Source: Callorhinchus milii (Eukaryota). From it: a stretch of 33,995 nt of DNA. The DNA lies in the NCBI RefSeq assembly GCF_018977255.1, contig NW_024705571.1, forward strand, positions 1 to 33,995. The letters are read 5' to 3'. Positions 1 to 8,692 of this stretch are shown here, in pieces. The position numbers and the translations under genes were made by a program. The number at the start of each line of letters is the position of its first letter. The stretch's first letter is position 1. Below the pieces are notes generated by a model. That model saw only the letters and a program-made list of their open reading frames with translations, was not told where the DNA came from and did not search any database.

Positions 1-201
1 CCTCAAAGGTTGACAGAAGTAGCCACGATTGTGATTGGCTGGCTGGTCTGCCATCTGGCAAGCGAAATACAAAGTTTGACACTAAATCAAACGTCTAGGA
101 AGTTTTACTTGATTTGGTTAGCCAGGTCACTTGGTGCGTGTGTGATGGGTGGCGGCGCAAGGACAAGAGTCTAGTTTTCACCTGTGATGACACTCGACTA
201 A

Positions 202-589
202 GGGGCCGTCCATAAATGACGTCACGCGATTTTGGACAATTTTTACTCCCCCCCCCTTCGTACGCGGCATCACAAAAAGTCTGACCGTCCCTCGCATTTG
301 ACGTCACAAAGCTCTGCCCCCCCCGAAAAGAAATAAAACATGCTTCAAATCACTTTAAACTATCGTCATTGTAGCGCGTATTTAATCTGGCGCTGCTGTC
401 TGATATTGAAGGAGAAAACATTTATTAAAAGTATATTTAATTAAGTATAACGTGTTGTCTATATTTATTTAAAGTTGCGCATTTTGATGTTACGTCACAT
501 TTCTCTAACCCCCCCACCTCCTCACACATCGTCACAAATGTCTGAACCTCCCCCCCCCCAGGTGCGTGATGTCATTTATGGACGGCCCC
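202..589. mobile_element. Non-autonomous DNA transposon (MITE), PIF/Harbinger (Tourist)-like
   Basis: 26-bp terminal inverted repeats: GGGGCCGTCCATAAATGACGTCACGC (202-227) vs reverse complement of 564-589, 25/26 identical. Flanked by TAA on both sides (199-201, 590-592); a 3-bp TAA/TTA TSD is characteristic of PIF/Harbinger. No credible ORF in the 388 bp. Confidence 0.85.
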
Positions 590-1169
590 TAATGTACGAG
601 TACCTATTAACTAAATATGAATTTCTACGTACTGTTTTTTCTGTACATGAAACAAAAGTTGGACGCATTTTTTGAGTTATATCGAATACTGTAATAATTA
701 TTGCATGCTGACATTTTTTTAATAATGTTGCATCAAAAGTAAAAGTTTGTTTCATGGGCACTTACGTTGAGTCCTGATGCCGATTACACTGAACACTTGA
801 TGTGCACGAGGCAGACACAACCTCGCCCAACACTGCACTCTGAGTGCACTACTCACGCACCCACTCACGCTAGCAGGATAATTCTTGAAAGCAGATAGTC
901 CACACACGCTCTGTGGCTGGAGGGCGATGTCCACAAGAAGTTCGCCTCAAAAAGAGAGGTATGCAGAGTCAAGTAATCGGCACAGTGTATGTCACATGGA
1001 TTACATTTAGTTAACGTGGGTGCTGAATATCCGTTTACAATCATCACGCATTTAGATTTCGTGGTTGCTGCTGTACATCTACATTTGATAAGCCAATTCG
1101 TTCAGTTTTCATTTGTGATCAGGATGCTATATAGCTCAGTGGGTCTTACTGAGTAAAATAAAATAAATA

Positions 1170-2590
1170 GATGGTGACCATGTCGACCTTGAGATTTTTG
1201 GAACGATATATGAAGGTAAAGACGCAGCCCTGCAATGTCTCGCTCACAGCTGGTACAAGGGACTCCACGAGAGGAGATCTATTGAGATTCATGAAGGGGA
1301 ATTGTCCTCTTGTTTCACGTTGGTCAGACATCCTCGAAAAGGGTGAAGTACCCACACTTCAATGCACCGCACACGGCCTGCCAAATTATTACATGTGGGG
1401 AACCCATTTATTTTGTTGGTGGAAAGAGGTGGGAGGATTCCACAACTAAAGATAAATCCAAACAAGAACTGGGAGAAAGAGTTGGTTAAACCGTGCTCTC
1501 TGGAGGGTTTTTCTCTGGCCATAACTAACATAGTCCACATGGATTACAGCCATTATCGACAGTCACATCGACGCTGGCGTGTTGCTGAGAGCATCATGAA
1601 AAATTAGCTAATAATATAGGAGGTAATCTGGTCTCGACAGGGTGAAAGGTCCATTATCAGTGGATGGGAGGGTACGGTCCTTCAAAGCGGTGCCAGCCTC
1701 TTAAATTCCCAAATCCCAATCTTTAAGTATCTCCAGATCAGAAATGCTAGAGCGAAATACCCTTACAATAAATTTGATGCACCGATTCACCCTATTATTG
1801 GCTGGTTGAAACACATGGAGATGGTTACAGACTGTCCGAAGCCTAGCGGCTTCAGAAGGAGGAAGTTTTTCCCACTCTATAAGCAACTAAAATTATTTTG
1901 CACAAGTTCGTCCATTACGAGATTTCACCGCAGATATTGGTACATATCCAGTGAGTACCACAAACTGGTCCAAGGGCTCGCCCACCCAAACTCATTCAGT
2001 TTAGATTAATTCACGGAGCATACTTGACACATTAGAGCAGAGCATAATCTTTGGAGTTCTGGCAAGATTGCTCCAGATGCCCAACCTGAGCACGGCACAA
2101 ATGTATCTCAACGCTTTCTGGCTTTTTAAAGATGTTATGACATTTTACCATGAGATTACGAGTTTCTTCGACGACCTGTGCTGGATGAATCTGTCACCAT
2201 CGGTAGAAGAGACCCTGTGGAGTTGAAAACCCTGCATGGTACCGATACACCAACATGCTCTGCTCCGGACCTATAAAATAATCGCCATAAATATATTCTT
2301 GGTCAAGTGCAAGAATCATGAACCCTCATATGGAAACATTAGAATATTAAACTCCCCGCACATGCGAGCATGAACGCCTGAGTCATAAGTTCAAGGTGAA
2401 ACGAGATGGAAAGTGACGCCAGATGACCCCCCCCAACCTTTGTGCTAATGCTGAAGTGAGAATACCAGATGTGCGGTTGGGAGACAGGGACTGATAATAA
2501 GGCGGAAAAAAAACCCTTCAATGACCTAGTGGGATTGGTGCCCGTATCGGTGGAGGGAAAGTGTTAACGCACAATGGTCGCATTTATGTT
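1170..2590 (+). pseudogene. Highly degraded 3' part of an L1-clade LINE ORF2 (post-RT/C-terminal region); boundaries approximate
   Basis: Collinear motif remnants in shifting frames resembling fish/amphibian L1 ORF2: GLPNYY (1375-1392), FKYLQIRN (1722-1745), HRRYW (1926-1940), HNLWSS (2043-2060, cf. H-x-F-W-x-C). Many stops and frameshifts; recognised by eye only. Confidence 0.5.
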
Positions 2591-3239
2591 ATTTATTTAT
2601 TTTAGAGTTGTCCCCAGTCCCCCCTCATATTTCCTCCCCCCCCCCTCATATGCTCGGGATCTCTCTATAAATTAGTTGTACCCCCCCACCTCCCCTTCCA
2701 CAATCGTACCACCCCCTTTCCCCCAGCGCGATGCCCCGAGTTCATGTGGACTTGGGCCCCTATCCTAAAGTCTTAATCTTCCCTGAAATGTCAGTTGCAT
2801 TGGGATTATTTAATTGGGAACCATATCGTCTGGTTGTGTCCGCTGTTCAGCGTGTTGTAACGGGCCTGCATACTTGTTCATATCAAATATTCATTGCATA
2901 CCCTAAATATATCTCTAAATGTGCATATTTTTTTAATTGGTATTATCGTTGGCATTCATGCAGAGGTAATGTTTAAGATATACTATTCTACTTTTCGATG
3001 TAATATTCTAACAACATAAAACACATATCTCTTAATAGTGGTAACATGGACGAGGAGAGGAAGTGTCCCGTTTTGCAGGGGTTTGCACTTCAGTTGGGTG
3101 TCCACCCCGTTTAATTCTCCAGATATCAAAGGCCAGTGAGCGATATATATATATATATTGTGAGAAGCAACGTGGCTACCAATGAAAATCTCAACGACGT
3201 GACTTATTACGTGGAAATGTATATCAGCCAAATACTATA

Positions 3240-3414
3240 AATGCGTGATGTTGATGTGGAGGGTAAAACTGGAAAACACTGGAGGACACAACACGCGACC
3301 ATGGTGAGAGACATGGAAACTACAAATATACAAGTGTCATTCTCGGGATCGGGATTGAACCCGCGACCTTCTGCATACAAGGCGATGGCGATAACATCTC
3401 ATCACTGCAGCACC
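3240..3414 (-). mobile_element. tRNA-derived SINE with V-domain-like core (degenerate; 3' end uncertain)
   Basis: Minus strand starts GGTGCTGCAGTG... and carries a B-box-like GGTTCAATCC (3352-3361). It continues TGTAGTTTCCATGTCTCTCACCATGGTCGCGTG...TCCTCCAGTGTTTTCCAGTTTTACCCTCCAC, resembling the V-SINE central domain (GGAGTTTGCATGTTCTCCCCGTG...TCCTCCGGGTGCTCCGGTTTCCTCCCAC). Confidence 0.6.
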
Positions 3415-3792
3415 AATTTAGAGTGGACCTTGTGTATGTATGTTGAACTTCTTAGCCAACCGTATTAATCAGAGGTGTAGGCCTTCGTCATGGTCCAAGT
3501 TTTGCCACGCTTCAGAAATCTGCCCAAATAACCTCATCAGGAGTGAGAATGAGGCGAGTGTTTGGACAGTGACCGTCAGAAGCCCCTAATGTGAGGGTTC
3601 AGCGATCGGAATGAAGCACTGGGTATGGCGATTTTCCTCCAGTGTATTATTTGTGAACTGCCTAAACTATTTCAGTACAAATTTCGATTTAAAGCTTTCG
3701 TGACTGCAGGGATTCATCTTCTTGGTTCTTTCGGTAAAGTCACGTAGAAGGGAAGTAATAAAATAATAAAAATAAAACATAATAAAATAATT

Positions 3793-3838
3793 CTCACGAC
3801 GTTTCGGCCACAACGCAAGCAGCCGTCCTCAGGTGAAG
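3793..3838 (-). ncRNA. Minimal type I hammerhead ribozyme of the Penelope pseudo-LTR kind
   Basis: Minus strand reads UCAC CUGAGGA C GGC(U)...(G)GCC GAAAC GUC GUGA. This gives the core CUGAnGA and GAAA, stem II GGC/GCC, a palindromic ACGU stem III, a GUC cleavage triplet and stem I UCAC/GUGA. Confidence 0.75.
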
Positions 3839-4329
3839 AACAGGTCTGTCGATAAGACAGAGTCTGAATGACACGTCCTAGGCTTGGAGCGTCTATTTAA
3901 GCTGGGAGGGAGGAGGAAGAGCGCCTTGACAAAAGAATTTGCATATGAAGAGGAATTTAGTATATTTATGGCAAATGCAGGAATGCGACTAGTGCTATTG
4001 TGAAATGCGTAGGAGGTGGGCGGGGGGTTTTCAAATTCATATTATGTCCATGCATTATGCAGGATTAGCAGCATCAAAGGGAGGGGGTAGGGGTAGCATT
4101 AATAAATGGAAGGAATGTTAATACTATGTAGCTGCAGTAACTAAACAACCACGTAAAAAGCTAAAGTATAAAAAACATAGTATCATCAGTATGCTAAATA
4201 TACTCTCAATAAGCTGAGCTACTAACCGTAAGTAATACATTACAATTCTAATTCGTGAAAAATATAATAAGCTTCCAGCAAAACTTTTTAAACTTTTACC
4301 TTACATCACACGGGTCTATCCGTACTATA

Positions 4330-4565
4330 TGCTGTCATAGACAAATCCAGCATTAAATTGTATACTGTATTACTATACACTACCCTATGTCTTAGAATAA
4401 TACATAGTGTAATATTACACTATGTATTATTCTACCCACCCAACTGTATACCACACTGCTGTATATTCACTATACAATTACGATACTATATATTACCTTA
4501 TACATTGTATTAAACATTACACTTTAATAATATTTATTTATTTATTATAAAATATGCTATACATT
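4330..4565. repeat. AT-rich degenerate low-complexity tract (TATAC/ACTAT/TATTA-like units)
   Basis: Repeated tactat/tataca/tattac/tttattta motifs with no fixed period. Confidence 0.5.
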
Positions 4566-4749
4566 ATACCATTAACAGTCGCGTGAAAGGTACTAAGAGG
4601 AAGCAACGAAATATGTCAATGGGAGAGTTGTGGTACAATGCTTGCAGCGGAGCAAAGAATCCATTCCCTGCGGAGAATACAAGATATATAGTCAATGTCA
4701 GTGAGTGGAACGCGGTCTGAAAATCACCGTAAACGTGAACACAATCAGT

Positions 4750-5530
4750 TAAGATCCGAAATGGTTTATTACGTCCTTCCAATGATTGCTAAGCTAGAAT
4801 CCATCTTCTCGGTTGAAATTGTCTCTGTGTTTATATATGTGGATCGCCTCATGAACGAATCTCTCATGGTAGCCAGATGGCTTGCAGAGAACCTCTGTCT
4901 TGGAGAAGTCAATATCATGTGAACCCACTGAATTGTAACAGTGATTTGCCATGGCTGAGGTGTTTGTCCTACCATGTTTCAAGTCTGCTTGTTGTTCATG
5001 GATGCGGTCCGAGACATGTCGTTTGGTTTCTCCAATGTAACTGCTACCACAGAGGCAACTTAGTTTGTAGACGCCAGGGTACTATATGTCTGGAACCACA
5101 TCCTTTTCAGACGGGACCAGATCACGGATTTTATGTACTTTGTTGAATCGGACCTGGATCTTGTGTTTTATCAGGATTTTGGAGATCTTTTTAGTGACCC
5201 CAGCAATGTAGGGTAAGGTGATGGTCTTGAAAGGCTCCTCAACGGGATCCTTCTTGATGGTTGGAGTGATGGCTTTGCGATTGTGTAGTCGGAGTAATCA
5301 TTAGCTTTAAGAGCTTGGCGTACGTGTTTGAGTTCACTGGCAATATGTTCCTGGTCGGATATGCATTGGGCTCTATGGTTTAGAGTCTTAATCATCTGGC
5401 CACATGGCCGGCCTGCTCTAGACCAATTTATCGACCACATCAATTCCATACACCCAGACATAAGATTCACCATTGAAGGTAAGCATCCGTATTGGTGGCT
5501 TTTCTGTAGACAGAGTGGCTCATTGAACCA
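4750..5530 (-). pseudogene. Penelope-like element (Poseidon-type) remnant: RT C-terminus/thumb, linker and GIY-YIG endonuclease, interrupted at 5530 by the LTR array
   Basis: Minus-strand motifs in order: SVYRKATNTDAYL (~5477-5515); IKTLNHRAQCISD...LKANDY; LPYIAGVTKKISKIL.KHKIQVRF; PGVYKLSCLCGSSYIGET (GVY 5067-5075, YIG 5031-5039); SAMANHC...HDIDF...EAIHI...FNREDG. Contains stops and frameshifts. Confidence 0.9.
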
Positions 5531-5632
5531 TGTTGCATGTGTTGGGATTATGAAATTTTGATGAAAATAATAAAAATTAATAATTTCCGAAAAATGCGCA
5601 AATCGCAGTATTTATGTTAATGTGTGTATTAC

Positions 5633-6170
5633 TATGCATAAATTATGATAATGCGTGTAATTATATGCATAAATTATGATAATCACGGAGATAATCGTAG
5701 TAATTTATGCGGAGGCTTGCGATTATGTTAATGTGTGTAGTTATGATAATTTGCTTAGTTTCGTTTATCCAGAGTTATCAATCAGGATAACACGATTATC
5801 ATAGATTCATTTACCGATTATCCTAGTGTGTGTTATGATATTTTAGGTCTCCATTTTCATATCTCATCGCAGGTAACAGCTCTTATGAATAAGACAGTTT
5901 TGCATGGACTTGGAAAGAAGCACTCGAACAGTTGGTGTGAAGCAATTTATTCTAACAAGCATGTGACATTCTATCATGCAGGTCAAACATGCGTCGATAA
6001 TTCATGAATAACCAAACACATATGCATTTGCGATATCATGCCTTCGATTAATATGAATAACTAAAATTCTTATGCAATTACGATATTATGCATTTGACTA
6101 AAATGAATGATAAACTCTTATGCATTTGCGATACTATGCAATTACCTAATATGAATGACTAAAACTTTCT
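5633..6170. repeat. AT-rich sub-repeats in the LTR: a 20-bp direct repeat with 31-bp period and ~3.5 copies of a degenerate ~50-bp unit; present in every LTR
   Basis: TATGCATAAATTATGATAAT at 5633 and 5664. ATGAAT-A...AAA...TATGCA(A/T)TT(A/G)CGATA..ATGC recurs over ~6000-6170. Confidence 0.7.
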
Positions 6171-6530
6171 TATTCATGTAACTCGACGGCAGCAACTGCT
6201 TTGCACGATCAGTTGATATTGAACGCACCACCTCGAAATGGCAACCCTTTTTGAAACGCAAAGACAGTTTTCTTTTAAAGTCTTATTCGTGTGCGTGCTG
6301 TGTGTGCGTTGTCCCCTTGTAATATTAATTAATTCTTAGAGTCGGGAGTTGTGTCGTTAGCTTGTGTGGTGTGGGAGGATACGAACAGCGGCCAGCTTCC
6401 TCTGGGTGGGGCGTGGCCGCATCGAGTCGTGCTGCTCCCTCGCTCGGCGTGTCGCTCGGCTTTTGCTCTCTCTCTCTCTCCACTGCTCGATGACGAGTTG
6501 GCACGATGCTGTCCTTGAAGATGCTCGGTC

Positions 6531-6730
6531 GCTCGTGTCGCTCGGTGTCGCTCGGTGGCGCACGGTGGCGCCCGGTGGCGCACGGTGGCGCACGGTGGCG
6601 CACGGTGGCGCCCGGTGGCGCACGGTGGCGCCCGGTGGCGCACGGTGTCGCTCGGTGGCGCACAGTGGCGCACGGTGGCGCACGGTGGCGCCCGGTGGCG
6701 CAAGGTGGCGCACGGTGGCGCACGTTGGCG
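6531..6730. repeat. 10-bp GC-rich minisatellite (CGGTGGCGCA / CGGTGGCGCC / CGGTGTCGCT), ~20 units, inside the LTR
   Basis: Near-exact 10-nt register over 6531-6730. Variable equivalents at ~12505-12695, ~18470-18660, ~24460-24610 and ~30415-30631. Confidence 0.95.
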
Positions 6731-7172
6731 CTCGTTCAGCGATCTCCGCCTTTCCTGCGGGTTGTTCGCTGGTCGTCACTCTGACGAGGAGCGATGCTTC
6801 GTTCGTGGCAGGGTGGACGTTGGCGTCTTTGTTGGCTTCACTCGCAACTCAGCGACTCAGGGTAGCGATTCTTCTCAGGTGGTGCAGACCTCGGCTTGTA
6901 GCGGCCAGCTTCCTCTGCAAACCTCGTCATTCTGGATGACGAAAACTTCTTGACGATTTCTGGTGGGGCCCGTGGCCTGGACGAACTGTGTTGGAGCCGA
7001 AGCCCGGACGAGATCTGCTTTGAATGGATTTTTCTTCGGTTTATATCTGGAAATTCCACTCAGTTTCCCGAGTTGTTCAAAGGCTGTCATAAAACCCTCC
7101 TGTGGGCTGAACCATCTGTGTTCGTTGTGTGTGTGTCCGTCCGTGTGTTTCGCGTGCGTGTTTGTCCGTGTG

Positions 7173-7290
7173 TTTATTAGCTTTGACGACACAGCTGTGT
7201 CGTTCTGGAAGAAAGGGGTGGGGGTGCCTCGTGACGGTGCCACCGAAGTTATCCATTAGCCAGACCGATGATTCGCGTCGAGTTATATAT
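7173..7290 (-). promoter_or_regulatory. Candidate LTR TATA box (TATATAA, 7283-7289) and poly(A) signal (AATAAA, 7173-7178)
   Basis: Order and spacing suit a short R region on the element (minus) strand, and both motifs are present in all five LTRs. Other AATAAA hexamers exist in the LTR, so this is tentative. Confidence 0.35.
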
Positions 7291-8186
7291 AAAAAAAACA
7301 TTCGAATCCATGTTTTGTTACTGAATAATATTTGTCGAGAAAACCTACGCGTTAAGCGAGCTTAATTGTTCTCTCCCTTGCTCGGGGATCATATCTTTTG
7401 TCTCACACAGCTTAAGTTGTTTTGGTTTGGAAGTTGAAATGCAACTTATTTGCTGCTTGGTTCCATCTGCACAGTTATGCCGAAACCGTGTTCACGATGT
7501 TTCATCGTGACCCGATCTCTCATGGAAATGTTATTTCCTCACGTGTGCAATTTTTTTCCTGTCCGTGTTGTGGGAAGACAAAGACGGTTGTTTCCACGGT
7601 GGAAGCACCCGGCGCATGCTTTTATTTATTGATCTTCGAAGACGTGTTAATTTCCTTTGAGCCATTGCCCCTTTATGGGTGTCATTTCCTAGCTTTGTGC
7701 CTGCGTGTGGAGATCCTCTCGGAAAGACAAAGACGGCCGTGTTGCTCGCTTCCCATGGGTTGTTGTGTTTGGTTAATTTTGAGAGCCTTCTCCGCCCTTG
7801 ATTCCTCTTCTACTTTAATTCCGTACTTATTATTTGACTTCTTGTGATTATTTAATCTGATATCCCGGCTTATCTTTGTTCAGAATATAATTATCTCTTC
7901 CTCCATGGTGCCCGGCCTGCAACCCCCGCCTGCCATTCCCCCTCCCTTGTTCCTCTTGTGTGAATTTAGGGGAGTTTTTATTACCTTATTGCCCCCTTTC
8001 ATGTCCTCTTTCCTTTGAAATGAGGTGTGCGCACATCTGTGGTAGTGTGGGGGCCTCTGTGGAAGTGTGGGGGCGTGTTCGTTCCACGTTGCCCGTGTCT
8101 ATTAAAAAAACCATATTATATATGATGGCAGAATAATTCTTGAAAAAAATATATAAAAAAAATAAAAAGGGGGTACATACACAACA

Positions 8187-8200
8187 ATCCGCCCTTTTGA
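8187..8200 (-). promoter_or_regulatory. Polypurine tract (PPT), unit 1; equivalents at 14131-14144, 20116-20129, 26087-26099, 32086-32099
   Basis: Minus strand TCAAAAGGGCGGAT lies immediately before the LTR start TGTTGTGTATG. Confidence 0.75.
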
Positions 8201-8333
8201 AATTATCAGGGGTCGATTTGGCCACTGGCGAATTTTCAAACAAAGTAATGCCCCCTTTTTATGTCATGAATCCCATCAGCCGCCCTTACTCTCGGCGGTT
8301 ATTTCTTACGACGCGCGTGCACGTATTACAATC

Positions 8334-8692
8334 TTAACCTGGTTACATCTGAAATAAGCAAAGAAAATAAACAACACGTTAAACATCGATATTGCGTTAC
8401 ATCGGTTCTCATACATCATAACTCCGACGAATATTCATTTTTGTTTTTTGCTTAACATGGTTACATTTGAATTAAGCAAAGAAAATAACAACAGTTAAAA
8501 CATCGATATTGCGTTACATCGGTTCTCATCCATCATAACTACGGCGAATATTCATTTTTGTTTTTGTTAAATCCTGGTTACATTTGAATTAAGCAAAGAA
8601 AATAACAACACGTTAACATCGATATTGCGTTACATCGGTTCTCATACATCATAACTCTGACGAACATTCATTTTTGTTTTTGTTAAATCCTG
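8334..8692. repeat. Three tandem ~118-bp repeats between gag stop and PPT; equivalents ~14279-14628, ~20262-20615, ~26234-26591, ~32231-32577
   Basis: TTAA..TGGTTACAT.TGAA.TAAGCAAAGAAAATAACAACACGTTAAACATCGATATTGCGTTACATCGGTTCTCAT.CATCATAACT..G.CGAATATTCATTTTTGTTTTT occurs three times per unit. Confidence 0.92.

Larger units (their letters stand above)
5531..8186 (-). repeat. LTR 1 (terminal 3' LTR, 2656 bp)
   Basis: Begins TGTTGCATGTG exactly where similarity to the other units starts. Ends CATACACAACA, an imperfect inverted terminal repeat, directly next to the PPT. Confidence 0.85.

Noticed and set aside
600..1170. Short ORFs or a possible host exon
   Set aside because: No recognisable domain or convincing splice context; left unannotated.
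3340..3414. Functional tRNA gene
   Set aside because: No convincing cloverleaf or acceptor stem; it runs into a V-domain-like core, so a SINE head fits better.
6565..6700. TGGCGCCCG motifs resembling the start of a tRNA-Lys PBS
   Set aside because: Only 9 nt match, they lie within the minisatellite, and they are not next to an LTR end.
6325..6953. Overlapping 90-190 aa ORFs (RHRAPPCAT / GGARWRTVAH) on both strands, repeated in each unit
   Set aside because: Artefact of a stop-free 10-bp GC-rich minisatellite; open in all frames, and frames are not conserved between copies.
6781..6960. CTGACGAG and GATGACGAAA as possible hammerhead cores within the LTR
   Set aside because: No stem II closed by a correctly placed GAAA and no stem I/III pairing found.
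6318..7409. Possible smaller nested LTR (TGTAATA...CACACA)
   Set aside because: No matching TSD and no adjacent PBS or PPT; the larger 5531-8186 boundaries are supported by PBS, PPT, inverted termini and the array edge.
8334..8692. CRISPR-like or spacer-carrying array
   Set aside because: The whole ~118-bp unit is repeated with no unique spacers; no cas genes; eukaryotic context.
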